NCBI GenBank assembly: GCA_964016885.1
Contig: OZ024742.1
Coordinates: forward strand, 2,604,001 to 2,668,000
Source: Eledone cirrhosa
Lineage: Eukaryota
Direction: 5' to 3'
Length of the DNA stretch: 64,000 bases
The position numbers were made by a program, and so were the translations under genes. This document shows, in pieces, positions 14,518 to 28,462 of the stretch (its first letter is position 1; every line of letters begins with the position of its first letter). The notes beneath the pieces were generated by a model. The model was not told where the DNA came from and searched no databases. It saw only the letters and a program-made list of their open reading frames with translations.

Positions 14518-14589
<72 letters not shown>

Positions 14590-14595
14590 ATATAT

Positions 14596-14675
<80 letters not shown>

Positions 14676-15724
14676 AATATTCCTATTCACGCTCCTGGCT
14701 TGACGGCGGAATGATGTGTTTTTTTAAAACCACAAGTGCTTTTCGTCGTTATTCCCTTATTTGCTTTTAGTGTGTAATAATAAATAGTTAAATATCCTCA
14801 TTTGCCGATGATCCACGATTTAACATCGATGATTAACCGATTAATGGTGAAATATATTTCTTTAATGGAATATATAGAAAGGAGATTAATCATTATTGCA
14901 ACGTATCTATACTTAAGGTTCTTGTTAATTGTTGATATGTTACCTCCGTAACTATGTGTGGTTACACTCTTTACAAATTATCCCCTGTAATTGTTTGATG
15001 TGTTTATTTTATATATATATGTCATTCAACTGTTAATTTAATGTTAATAAATACTCGGATTTACTACTAGGAATCTTTGAGCTTATTCCACAGGTGATTC
15101 TGCGCATCCTTCTCATATTCTCAGACATTTTATCTTTAATATAATTTTGGTTGTATATATATATATATGTGTGTCTGAGGAGGAGGGGGGGGGTGATACC
15201 GATGTAAATCGGCAGGCAACCATACGTTAGTAGAGTATAGGTATATTTATTTTATTATAGAAATGATAGTCAATAGTGGCATATGACATATTTTTGGAAA
15301 ATAGTTATTATTGCAAGAAAAAGTGGCGGAATCTAATTCCATCAGAACTCTGAGATGTTTACAAAAGTACAAGTGACACAACAACAATAATAACGACAAC
15401 AACAATACATATAACAAAGTTGAGGCTAAATTTGCATATAATTTCAACAAAGACTTTATTTTCAGATACACAACACAATTGTACAATCACAAATATATAC
15501 ACCCAACACACATACATATATGCAGAAATACATACATACGACTATGATACATACATTCACACATGCATATTTATACATATATATATTTATATATATATCA
15601 GATATGCATGCATATATATATATATATAAAATATATATAGATATATATACATATATGTATACACGCACACACACATATATATATTATGTGTGTGTGCATT
15701 ACTTCTTCTTCCCCTACTTCTTCC

Positions 15725-15770
15725 TGGGAGGGTCGAGTGGATATATATATATATCCACTCGACCCTCCCA
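15725..15770. repeat. 46-bp perfect palindrome centred on (AT)n
   Basis: TGGGAGGGTCGAGTGG (AT)n CCACTCGACCCTCCCA. Confidence 0.9.
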
Positions 15771-15892
15771 CACACACACACACACACATATATATGTATA
15801 TATATATACATATATGTAATTGTATATATATATATATACATATGTATATATATATATATATATATACATGTGTGTGTGTATATATATGTATA

Positions 15893-15979
<87 letters not shown>

Positions 15980-16102
15980 CGTTTCTGAATTTGTTTAGCA
16001 AGATTCTTTATCTGAAAACGTGTGTTGAAATCTATGTGTGTGCATATATATATACATGTGTGTGTGTATATATATGTATAAATATATGTATATATATATA
16101 TT

Positions 16103-16160
<58 letters not shown>

Positions 16161-16165
<5 letters not shown>

Positions 16166-17575
16166 ATACTTTGGGAGGCTCACGTTGCCAATAAGAAACA
16201 CACGCACCAGTTGCTTTCACTTCAATTTATTATAAATTAATTTATAAATTTAGGAATTCATAAATTTCCGGTTGGTTGGTTGGTTCCACAACCAGATGAT
16301 TGTTCATATATTGTCAAAGTTCTTTCGTCACACATTCTGTGACCTCTTCAGTGACTGGGGATTCTTTTCTTTGTTTTTGTGTCTCTCCTTTTTTATGTCC
16401 TAACCCATCTTGTTTTTGTGTGTGTTGTGTGTTTAGTTTGCGCATGTGTTACATCAGGGTGTCTGTGTGTGTTTATATTTGTTTATTTATTTGTTTATTT
16501 ACATGTTACTGGTTGGTTATTTGTTCTATGTGTGTGTGTGTTTTCATTTTGTCCTTAATTGTAAGTTGTAATGTTGCTATTCCATTCATGCTTTCTATTT
16601 AATTTGGGTTGGAGTTCATTTATGTTTATTGCCTCTGTGTTTTGTCTAAACATTGCGTCTTTTCTGTGTGTAGATTCTATTTTTATTTCTATGTTCTCTA
16701 ATTTACCCTTATGTTCTATTTTAGCATGTTCGTAGAGCACAGATGATTCTTTACTATCTTGAAGCTCTCGCCAGTGTTCATTCATCCGTTCTCCTATACT
16801 ACGAGCTGTCTCACCTATGTACACTATATTCTTATATCTACATTGTCCTTCAGTACATCTTATGCTATATACTACATTTCTAGTTTTACAGTTAATATGA
16901 GGGGCTTAATTTACAGATTATACATTTCTTGTCTATACAGGCAGGTCTTTGAAAAGGGTATGTATTGTTAATAAGTGTTTTTATGGAGTTACCTGGTCTT
17001 TCTACTATCTTAATATTGAGTTTATGTTTATCTAGGGCCTTTCTGAATTTGTAAGCTAATTCACTTCTAGGGGTTGTATTGATGAACATTAAACTCTGGT
17101 ATCTATTGCTATCATACCATGAGTTTATTCTATTAACCTTATTCCTAGTTCTTTCTATTCTATTCCAAAATGTGCTCCTATACAAGGGGCAGGTCCCATT
17201 TGTACCATTATTTACCATTTTTTCCCATTTGGTTCTGGCTCCTCTATACACTCTGATCTTATTTTTCTGATTGTAACCAGAGAACTGCATACGGTGGATG
17301 AAGTGTTGTATGTGTCTCTCTAGTTCTTTAGGGTTGCACATGCGGGACACGTTTCTCATCACCCGTACCAAATTCGCAATCAGTATTTTGATTTTGGTAT
17401 GGTCCGAAACAGGTGAGTTTAAACCATCGATTACCTGTACTAGACACTGAGCTCTGGTTAGATACCATTAATAACAAAAAATAAATCATCCATTCCCATT
17501 ATGCCAAACCCATGACTTCCAAATATCTGATCCACCGAAACACAGCTGTTTTGGACCATACCAAAGTATAACAAT
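16161..17575 (-). mobile_element. 5'-truncated Penelope-like element (RT thumb, Cys linker, GIY-YIG); clade uncertain
   Basis: ORFs 16892..17371 (MQFSGY, PLYR, CIDKKCIIC) and 16555..16824 (YIGETARSIGERMNEH...EAININELQPKLN); termini TTGTTATACTTTGG / CCAAAGTATAACAA are inverted; (TA)n flanks. Confidence 0.9.
16312..16355 (-). ncRNA. Hammerhead ribozyme motif in PLE tail
   Basis: Minus strand GTCA-CTGAAGA-GGTCACAGAATGTGTGAC-GAAAGAACTT-TGAC; stem I GTCA/TGAC; very small stem III. Confidence 0.7.
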
Positions 17576-17618
17576 ATATATATATATATATATATGCACA
17601 CAGACAGACCGACAGATC

Positions 17619-17756
<138 letters not shown>

Positions 17757-18009
17757 TATATATATATATATAAACAAGAGCCAAAGAATATAGGGTGGTA
17801 ATTTGAAAAAAATATTTCAGTTCAGTGTACTGAAAAAAAGAATAAAATATTTGACAAATTATCTGTCTATACAGCTCTATTTATATTTTATGAAAATGGC
17901 CGACCTGTCATGGCAAGTATAAGAACTTAAATACAGAACACCGTAGAAGAAACAGGAAAATAGGTCATCGTTGATAATATGGGATAATTATTACTTTTGA
18001 AATGTCTAC

Positions 18010-18340
18010 TTCACCACCATTACCATCATCAGAAACCCCCCCCCCACACTTCAACCAGCAACACCACCCCCACACTTCAACTAGCAACGCAACAACACCG
18101 CCACCACCAACTACACCAGCAACAACAACAACAATAATAACAATATCACAACCACCAACACCACCACCACCAACACCAACAACAACAATAACAACAGTAC
18201 CAACACCACCAACAACAGCAATAATACCAACACCACAACCACCACCAACAACAACAGTACCAACACCACAACGACCACCATCAACAACAACAGTACCAAC
18301 ACCACAACCTCCACCACTACCACCACCACCATCACCACCT
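18010..18340. repeat. (ACC/ACA)n low-complexity tract
   Basis: Degenerate trinucleotide repeats that give P/T-rich pseudo-ORFs. Confidence 0.85.
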
Positions 18341-18466
18341 ATATATTTATAATGATGTATATATATATATTTAAAGGTTAAACAAGGTTCAATGAATAAA
18401 TCAATGAATAAAGTTTTACAATAGATTAGAAGCACTCCACAGTTAGGTTTTCCGGAGTTATTAATA

Positions 18467-18645
18467 TTAATTCAAAATATTAATAAATATAGACATTCGT
18501 GTGATCAAGTAGATTTTATTATACATATTTCATCTTATTTTATGTGATGAGGACGTACTGTTGAAGATAGCTCAGTACCTTTGAAATATGTATAATAAAA
18601 TATACTTGATCACACGAATGTCTATATTTGTTAATATTTTGAATT

Positions 18646-18647
<2 letters not shown>
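18467..18647 (+). mobile_element. Fold-back PLE-tail insertion containing a hammerhead
   Basis: Arms 18467-18532 and 18582-18647 are inverted; HHR TATTTTAT-GTGATGA(C>G)-GGACGTACTG...CAGTACCTTT-GAAAT-ATGT-ATA-ATAAAATA; related to the HHRs at 38807 and 58023. Confidence 0.75.
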
Positions 18648-18697
<50 letters not shown>

Positions 18698-18728
18698 TTT
18701 CGAAAATATTCTTACTATATATATATAT

Positions 18729-18903
18729 AGGAAAAATATGACCCCGACGGCAGAGCTCAAGCCGTTTCGACGGCTATTTCCGTCGAAACGGCTTGAGCTT
18801 TGCCGTCGGGGTCATACTTTTTCCTATTCCCACTTTACTACCCTAAGTATTGAGTACTCTGGTGCGTTATGGTCCATCTGGTTCCTTACCACAATTCCTT
18901 TGT
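18729..18903 (+). mobile_element. Family F1 fold-back copy
   Basis: Palindrome with a shorter centre (GACGG-CTATTT-CCGTC) plus the same tail. Confidence 0.85.
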
Positions 18904-19372
18904 TATATATATATATATATATATAGATAGATAGATAGATAGATAGATATAGATATATACATAAACAGAGAGAGAAAGTGAGAGAGAGAGAACAATTTTT
19001 CATGTCATTTTTAAAACATTTACGTTGAAGAATGAAGTAGAAATGGTTTATAATGATAGAAGTTATTTAAATACTAGTATATATGTCAGTAAATTAGCAT
19101 ATATCTACATACAGACATAGAGGCATACAGACAGACACACAGATACACAGAGACATACAGACAGACACACTGACACACATACATACACATACACAGACAC
19201 ACTCCCAGACACACTCAGAGACACACAGAGACACAGTCATACACACATAAACATACACACACAAAGACACACTCACATATTTAAATATATCTGTTTACGC
19301 CGACAATGCGTTTCCCAAAATTTTTGTGAAGATGACATCTTCATTTAACATACGTATATATTATATATATAT

Positions 19373-19476
19373 AGGAAAATGTTTAACCCCGACGGCAGAG
19401 CTCAAGCTCTACTCCCCTAAGCATTGAGTACTCCGGTGCGTTATGGTCCATCTGGTTCCTTACCACACTTCCTTCG

Positions 19477-19478
<2 letters not shown>
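19373..19478 (+). mobile_element. Family F1 copy, short
   Basis: Left arm to GAGCTCAAG joined to the tail CTCTACT...CTTCCTTCGTTA; (TA)n flanks. Confidence 0.8.
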
Positions 19479-19530
<52 letters not shown>

Positions 19531-19866
19531 GTATACTAAGAATGAGATCTCGAAGTTTCAGCTTAACTTAATTTTTTCGTAACCATGCGTCGCACGTGTT
19601 TCGCAAATGACAAGTTCGGAGCCTTGATTACAATCGTCAGCTATGCTTGGATATCATCGGACGCAGTGGAGACCATATACACAATATAAATACAACGGAA
19701 CTTGTGCTATAAAGTGGTGTTAAACATAGGCATAGTTAAGTAAATCTTTATTCCAAAGGACTAGAATCGTTTCATTGTCTCATTCGAAGGAAATCATCAT
19801 GTATTGTGTACCTTACTTACTGCGGTTACCCCCGATCGAATCCAGGATACACACACACGCACACAC

Positions 19867-19971
<105 letters not shown>

Positions 19972-19974
19972 CAG

Positions 19975-20009
<35 letters not shown>

Positions 20010-20140
20010 ACAGGGTGAAAGAGACGATTATTAGGAAGAAAAATTTTTTTTTTCCTTTTTTATTTCTCTTTCTTTTTTCTGGGTTAGAAAATGATTAAAA
20101 CGAAATATTTTACTTTGTGTGAAGTGTTAAGGTATTAGTT

Positions 20141-21353
20141 ACCAAATAAAAAACAAATTAATACCACAATGGTACACATCTCTTAAAAACAGGAAATTCT
20201 CCTTTTGGAAGATGATAAAAAACAATAACAAAGCGGAGCTCTATGAAAAATGGATTAACTCATCCCCATTAATCATCCCCCGCAAACTACAACTTAAATC
20301 CATCCCAAACGAACCAGAGACACAAAGACGTCTCAGGGAAAGAATGGCACTTGATAACATAAACACCGAAATTGAACTCCTTAAATTGAGAGCCCAAGCA
20401 AATGAAGATAGGATCAAATCAATCGACGATGAGATTAATCAAGCAATTATCAATAAAACCAAAGACACCACCCTAGAATATATTTCAAAACTATGGTTAG
20501 AGGACTGTAATAAAGAAGAATTAAAATCCCTTCAACGTTGGGAAATAAACGAAACCTGATTCTCTAACTATGAAACACTTTTCCAAAAAGAACACACATC
20601 CAAGAACCCCTTCATTAAAACCATAATAACAAGAAAACTCAATCAACACCCAAACACCACACAACAACAAAAAACAATACCTCCCCACATACCACCAAAA
20701 GAAGGCATCACCTCGCCCCTACCTCTTACACCCTCCACACAACTACCACACGAACTCCCAAGCAACAGATATAGTAATAGAGAAACATCAGCTACAAGAT
20801 AGACACTACAACTTCTCTCCCACCAGGAAAAACCATAGAATCCCCCACACTTACAACCTCCCTAACATCCCCACATAACAAACTCACAACCATCATTACT
20901 TCCAACATAGCACCCAAAATACACAACTACCACACATGTCACATAGGGCCTCACAACCACACACCAGCTATAAGGAAACCCTAATCTACCCTCCCCCACT
21001 AACCACATCCTACTACAACAACACCAGCAGGGGACAACACAACCACACGAGACACCCTAATCACTACAGCCACCATAGCTATACACCATATAACAGCACC
21101 AGCAGGACTCAATATAACCACACAAGACAACCCTACTACAACTACCACCAAGTCTACACACCCTACAACAACATCAGCAGGGCTCAATACAACCACACGA
21201 TACAAGCTACACTCAACAACCACCACAGCTACACCATCTAACAACAACAGCAGGGGCCAATACAACTATAAGAGACATCCAAACTTCAACAGCCATCACA
21301 ACTTCCGTAATCATTTTTTAGACACAGCACACAGACACAGGATCACAAGATAA
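20141..21353 (+). pseudogene. Upstream ORF1-like region of the Neptune-like PLE (helical domain plus His/Tyr/Asn repeats)
   Basis: ORF 20212..20559 (charged, probably helical), ORF 20936..21241 with SRGQHNHTR-type repeats, continuing as NNNSRGQYNYKRHPNF..HFLDTAHRHRITR-stop at 21353; interrupted by stops and frameshifts. Confidence 0.6.
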
Positions 21354-23651
21354 CACAAAACACACAGGAGACACAAAATGCAATAAACATTGTCAATTTA
21401 ACCTCCAAAGAATTAACAACAGACCAAATCAACATACTCTCCAAAGGACTAAAATTTACACCAACTCCCCAACAACCAAACTACCTCGAAATGAAGGAAG
21501 ATATTGCAGAATTCTGTAGAAAACTAAGACTCAGCGAACAACTATACGACAAATACAATGAGGATGACTCAATAGCCAGAAATAGAAGCAACTACACCCA
21601 ACCAAAAGGCAAGAACAAATTCCTCGATCAATTCTGCGAACACATTACTAATTACCCATATCACCACCTACACAGACATAAACAAAAACTAAACCTAAGC
21701 AAAAAAGAATGGAATGGTCTTAACAGTCTAAAAAACGACAAAACCCTAACAATCAAAGAGGCAGATAAAGGGGGTGTAGTGGTCCTTATGGAGACAGATT
21801 ATTACACGACTCTAGTACTCTCAACTCTAGAAAACCAAACATATTATGAAAAGGCCCAACACTACACATAACAGAAAATAATGAGAAACCTAAAATCCCT
21901 AACAACCCTTTACAAAGAAGGCCTTACAGACAAGGAATACAACTAGATCATCAATTTCAAAAGCAGAACCAGCCTCTTCTACGGTATCCCAAAGACACAC
22001 AAAAGCGAAGTAATAGGTAGGGCCTGCAAGCAAGCCACAGACGTTTACATCAATATAGCCCCTCCTGATGACCTTAAATTAAGACCCATAATAGCAGGCA
22101 CCACATGTGAAATCCACCGCCTAAGCAACTTCCTAGATATTCTGCTTAAGCCTTTTCTAAAACACATAAAAAGCTTCATAAGGGACGACCTTGATATGCT
22201 CAACCACCTACAAACAACACTCAATAATGAACATACCATACTAGTAACCTTTGATGTCATCAATTTATATTCCAATATCCCACACAACCTAGGTATAGAG
22301 GCAATACAATTCTGGCTTGAAAATTTCCCTAGTGAACTTCCATAGCGCATCCCTAAATAATTTGTGTTGGAGGGACTCAAATTCATCTTGGAAAACAATT
22401 TCTTAGAATTCAATGCCAAATACCACAGACAGAAATCTGGGACTGCCATGGGCACGAAAGTAGCCCCCTCATACGCCAACCTTGTCATGGGATATTTGGA
22501 AACCATTCTCTACCACAAAGTTCTAGACAAATACGGCAACCACTTCAACCAACACATAGAAAAGAACTGGAAGAGATATCTGGACGACTGCTTCATCCTC
22601 TGGCATGAAAGTATAGATAAACTGTTTGAGTTTAAAACCCTTCTGAATGGACTCAACACAAACTTACAATTTACAATGGATTACTGCCATGAACAACTCC
22701 CTTTCCTCGACATCCTCATCAAGAAAACAAACAACAAAATACAAACATACATATACTACAAACCCACAGACTCCAAACAATACCTCCCATTCAACTCGTG
22801 CCCCCCTAGACACACCAAAATGGCAATTCCTTATAACCTAGCCAGAAGGATCTGCACAATAGTTTCAGATAAATACACATGCTACACACGACTAGAAGAA
22901 TTAAAAAATACACTTATCAGCAGAAACTACCCACCATCCCTAATCAACAATGGATTCCAACGTGCCCTAAAACTCGACATCCAGGAACTCAGACACCCCA
23001 AACCCAGGAATGAACCGCAACAGAAAACTCTACCATACATCTCCACACACAACCCCCTCAACAATGAGGCATTCGATACCACCCTCCAGAACATTCCTTT
23101 ACTAAAAAGAGACCCAAGAATGAACAAAATCCTCCAAACACACAACATCATAAACAGCAAAAGATAACCTAAATCCATAAAAAACATCTTCATACAAGCC
23201 AAAATCCAACAAACCCTCACAATGAACCCTACAGTAACAAAATGCGGAAGGCCCAACTGTAGCATATGCATAAATCTAATAGAAGGTTCAACATGCCATT
23301 TTAAACAAGGACAACATTTTACAGTTAAACAACTTTACATGTGCATCTGAAAACATAATCTATGTTTTGACCTGCTCAGGTTGTCAAGAGCACTACATAG
23401 GACAGACAAAAAACAGCCCCCGACAACGTATGACCGTCCATAAATCACAAATCAAAATACAGGAATACAGAAAGATTGCATTTAGTGAACATATCGCCAA
23501 TTGAGCACCCAACCAACATCCAAACTTTAAAATGTTCCCCATTTACAAATTCATAGACAACGCTACTTTGATCCATCGTACCAATAAGGAAACATATTTC
23601 ATTAACAAATTCCAACCTATACTTAATGCACTAAACTTCGGACCAAACTAA
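21311..23651 (+). pseudogene. PLE reverse transcriptase plus GIY-YIG endonuclease (disrupted)
   Basis: ORFs 21491..21871 and 22364..23167 plus downstream GIY-YIG motifs; several in-frame stops. Confidence 0.92.
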
Positions 23652-23932
23652 AACTGGAACAAACAATCAAACATTTACAAGAGTTACATCCCTCACACCC
23701 TACCTAATCCTTTTTCTTAAATAAATTAAATATCATCCAGTATGAATTGCCTCCCCCTGCATATTAACTCTCTAAAAAAGGAAATCATATCAAACCCCAG
23801 TCCACTATTTACCCCCATCATGGATCAACTAAGCACATTTTGATCTGCTTAGCTTCAAGAACTATGCCTGTAAATAACATTATTTTTTCTTTCACATAGA
23901 CATTTTATGCTCCACATTACGCTCTTTTTTTC

Positions 23933-24077
23933 TTTTTTCTTTTTTCTTTTTTCTTTTTTCTTTTTTCTTTTTTCTTTTTTCTTTTTTCTTTTTTCTTTTT
24001 TCTTTTTTCTTTTTTCTTTTTTCTTTTTTCTTTTTTCTTTTTTCTTTTTTCTTTTTTCTTTTTTCTTTTTTCTTTTC
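23933..24077. repeat. (CTTTTTT)n microsatellite inside the PLE tail
   Basis: About 20 heptamer units. Confidence 0.95.
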
Positions 24078-24162
24078 ACTTCATAAACCTTGTTTGTAAA
24101 TAACATTATTCTTTTTGCACCATTTCTTTAACATGTCCAACACCACCATTCTACACCAATAC

Positions 24163-24208
24163 ATATCATTTGATAATGCATACAAATGCTGAAACCGGTA
24201 ATAGATAA
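24163..24208 (+). ncRNA. Degenerate hammerhead in the Neptune-like tail
   Basis: TTGATAA (for CTGATGA)-TGCATACAAATGCT-GAAAC-CG-GTA. Confidence 0.5.
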
Positions 24209-24397
24209 TTATTAAATATATAAATAGATAAATAAATGCCATTGTTAATTAATAAATAAATCAACTAATATCTTAACACTTCACACAAAGTAAAATATTT
24301 CGTTTTAATCATTTTCTAACCCAGAAAAAAGAGAGAGAGAAATAAAAAAGGAAAAACAAATATTTTTCTTCCTAATAATCGTATCTTATCTCCCTGT

Positions 24398-24441
<44 letters not shown>

Positions 24442-24468
24442 TAACTCGTGTGCTTCCTCTCCACATTT

Positions 24469-24540
<72 letters not shown>

Positions 24541-24544
<4 letters not shown>

Positions 24545-24712
24545 TAAAATAACAGATTAAAGTTTAAGCAAAGAATCGCTGCTTTCACCCTTAACGGGAT
24601 CTTCTAAAATATTTTAATAAATATTTGCTCTACGGTTCTTATAGATTTGATATATATTTATCCTTATCGAGGCCTATTTGGATTTTAGTCTTCAATTTAT
24701 TATTATTACTAT
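24541..24712. mobile_element. Short fold-back insertion, family F2
   Basis: 24541-24606 matches 44833-44897 directly; 24612-24712 is the reverse complement of 44740-44840; (TA)n flanks. Confidence 0.8.
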
Positions 24713-25164
24713 ATATATATATATATATGTTTTCCGAATAAGACGAATACGAAAAACGTCCTCATTCGCTCATCGGACAAGGCAATTTAAAACATAGGGA
24801 AATATTTGAAAAATCTCCTCAAGAAAGGCAAGAGTTTAACGGGCAAAAAAAAGATATAAATAAAAATAATGCAAGAGATATATAAAAAAATAAGGAAATA
24901 TAGTTTGGGTATGTATATATGTATGTATATACACTCACAAATGTACATATGTGTGTATGTACAAATGCATGTGTATCGTGAAAATGTGTGCGTAAGTACA
25001 TATATGAGGGCAAGTATATTTGGGTATGTGTGACCACAAATACGTATATAATATGAGTTGAACAAGAAATTGTAAGATAATATAGTTAACACACATCCAG
25101 ATACAGGTATTAAATACACATACGAGTATGAAAGCACGCGTATAAATACACACACACGCACGAT

Positions 25165-26884
25165 AGCTTATATGCGGAAGATAAAGACCAACTCTTAATA
25201 GATAACATCACCTCTAAATACCAAATAGCTAATATAAACACGTATAATAATATAAATAAGGAAGCTAAAGAATTAGCTAGTGTTTTAAAAATAGATAATA
25301 GAACAGAAAAACTTGCTAAACGTAATGCCTATATCACCCTCAAAGATCACAAACCTGATTTTATTAATCGTCCTAGTTGTAGATTAATCAACCCTGCTAA
25401 GACTGATATCGGTCTTGCTAGCAAAACTTTTTTAAATAATATAAACACACAGATTAGAAGTAAGTCTGAATTACTCAAATGGATAAATAGCTCTTCCGTA
25501 GTACATTGGTTTAATAATATTAAAGATAAAAATAGTTCTAGATTCACCCAATTTGACATTGTAGACTTCTACCCGTCTATTTCTCATCCTCTTTTAGCGA
25601 AAGCCTTAAATTTCGCTAGAAAGTTTATCAATATTCTGATATTGAAGAGAATGTCATCTTGCATGCTAGAAACACTCTACTTTTTACTAATAATGACACT
25701 TGGGTAAAAATATCTAACCCAGAGAACCCATTCGATGTCTCAATGGGTTCTTTTGACAGTGCTGATGTTTGTGATTTAGTCGGCCTATTCCTCCTACACA
25801 CACTTAAAGAGAAATTCCCTAACCATATTTTTGGGCTTTACCGCGACGATGGTCTAATACTTTCCCATACCACCATAGGCCATAACTTAGATAGATTAAG
25901 GAAAGACTTAATAAAAACCTTCGCTAGTTTTAATCTTAAAATTACTATTGACTCTAACCTTTCCAATGTTAATTTTCTAGATATAAACCTAGATCTGCCT
26001 ACTGCTTCTTATAAACCGTACCATAAACCTAATGAAAATATAAAATATATATAATAAAGGCTCTTGCCATCCTCCTATAGTTTTTAAAAACCTTATCCCT
26101 AATATTAGCCTTAGGATCTCCACCCTCTCTTCCTCAGAAGCTATTTTCAATAAGGCATCCTCCTACTATAATAAAGCCCTTCATAATAGCGGATTTAGTG
26201 AACCGATTAAGTACATACCCAAAAATACTAACTCCTTTAAACATAATACTAGGAAAAGAAAAATAATCTGGTTCACCCCCCCTACTCTTTAGCAGTTAAA
26301 ACTAATGTAGGCAAAACATTCCTAGAGCTCTTAGATAAACATTTTCCTAGAACACATAGATACTATAAGATCTTCAATAGAAACTGTGTCAAAATTAGCT
26401 ACTCCTGCGGTCCCCCTATTAAATCTTATATCATCAATAAGAAAACACCCAGAGAACATCAAAATTGCTCCTGTAGAGTCAAAAGTGAATGCCCATTACA
26501 AGGTAAATGCAACACCAAAGCTATTGTATATGCAACAACCTACCAGCCACCAGCGAACGATATGTGGGTATGACACAAGACAAATTCAAAATGCGTTATT
26601 ACTCATATGTCGCATCTTTCCGACACCCAGAAAAAAGATTTACAACAGCTCTGGCTAGCAGAATATGGGATTTGAAAGACCAAGGTATCCAATATAAATT
26701 GGATTGGTCAATTTTGAACCAATCTAAAGAATATGCAAGAGGAACAAGAAGATTCACACTCTGCATAAGTGAAAAATATTGGATTTTACAGAACCTTAAA
26801 TCACCAAAAAACCTGCCTAAACGCAAAAACAGAAATGTTCAATTGCCCACACATGAAATCACACTTGCTTTCCAGCTCATATAA
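25165..26884 (+). pseudogene. Naiad-type RT plus GIY-YIG (5'-truncated, frameshifted)
   Basis: ORFs 25659..26054 and 26507..26884 and adjacent frames. Confidence 0.9.
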
Positions 26885-27629
26885 ACTTAACTCACTTTCA
26901 GATACTTATCCTCCATAAACTCCTGTTCTTTACTTTCCTTAAATTATCCTCTTTACAGACTTTTGTTTCTGATTTACTTTCATTTTTAACTTTATTTTTA
27001 ATTTTATTTTTATTTTTACTTCACATCCACCAGTGAACCCCCCCCTACTTTTTGATTCACTTACCTAATATCTTCACATTCCACATTTTACTTCCCCATT
27101 TTATTTCACTACCTAATACCACATGTCACTTGCGTTTTCGACTCCAGATATATTCTGTTGTTTCGCAGCCGCATTTTATATTTGTACTCGTTTATTCATA
27201 CGGCTGGTTTATAATTTGTATCTATGCGTGTGAGTGTGCATATGTGTGTATACGTTCTGTATATGTATATGAACGCCTCCATATGTGTGCGTGCGTACGT
27301 ATATATATGTGTGTATGTGTGTTTTTATATCTATGTTTTTTACATACTTATTTATACGTGTGTGTGTATGTGGGTGAATGTATGTATATATATGTATGTA
27401 TATATATGTATGTGTATATGTATGTATGGGTGTGTATGTATATATATATATATATATAGTCGCATACGTACGTGTGATTAGATATACATGTGGCAATATA
27501 TATACCCTAACTATATTTCCTTATTTTTTTATATATCTCTTGCATTACTTTTATTTATATATTTTTTGCCCGTTAAACTCTTGCCTTTCTTGAGAAGATT
27601 TTTCAAATATTTCCCTATATTTTAAATTG

Positions 27630-27697
27630 CCTTGTCCGATGAACGAATGAGGACGTTTTTCGTATTAGTCTTATTTGGGAAACCTCTGGTAATGAGG
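27630..27697 (+). ncRNA. Type I hammerhead with variant core CCGAUGA
   Basis: CCTTGT-CCGATGA-long stem II-GAAACC-TCT-GGTA-ATGAGG; stem I CCTTGT/ATGAGG pairs with wobbles; the inverted copy at 24730-24783 also has CCGATGA. Confidence 0.75.
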
Positions 27698-27723
27698 TAA
27701 TTATATTGTATTGTTTATTATAC

Positions 27724-27771
<48 letters not shown>

Positions 27772-27774
<3 letters not shown>

Positions 27775-27965
27775 CGAAGGAAATGTGGTAAGGAACCAGG
27801 TGTACCAAAACGCACCAAAGTACTCAATACTTGAGGTAGTAGAGTGGGTAATAGGAACCAGTAAGACCCCGACAGCTGAGCTCAAACCGTTTCGACGACT
27901 AATTCTGGACTCAGAATTAGCCGTCGAAACGGCTTGAGCTCAGCTGTCGGGGTCTTACTGGTTCC

Positions 27966-27966
<1 letters not shown>
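27772..27966 (-). mobile_element. Family F1 fold-back copy, opposite orientation
   Basis: Tail reverse-complemented at 27772-27850, then palindrome 27851-27966. Confidence 0.88.

Positions 27967-28462
<496 letters not shown>

Larger units (their letters stand above)
20004..24403 (+). mobile_element. Neptune-like Penelope element with ~137-bp terminal inverted repeats
   Basis: NIVNL..LSKGLKFTPTP, KEADKGG, GTAMGT, WKRYLDD, CGRPNCSIC linker, IYVLTCSGC..HYIGQT (GIY-YIG); 20004-20140 inverted to 24262-24403; (TA)n flanks. Confidence 0.92.
24730..27727 (+). mobile_element. Naiad-like Penelope element with inverted tail copy at the 5' end
   Basis: KDHKPDF..CRLINPAKTDIG, FDIVDFYPSI, FDVSMGSFDSADVCDLVG, GLYRDDGL, RKIIWFTPP, CSCRVKSECPLQGKC, YVGMT; 24730-24915 inverted to ~27500-27683. 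Confidence 0.9.

Noticed and set aside
18002-18352. Mucin-like Pro/Thr ORF
   Set aside because: Explained by an (ACC/ACA)n tract.
26400-26884. Selenocysteine-encoding Naiad (also checked 59230-59800)
   Set aside because: The conserved Cys positions I read are TGC/TGT or substituted, not TGA.
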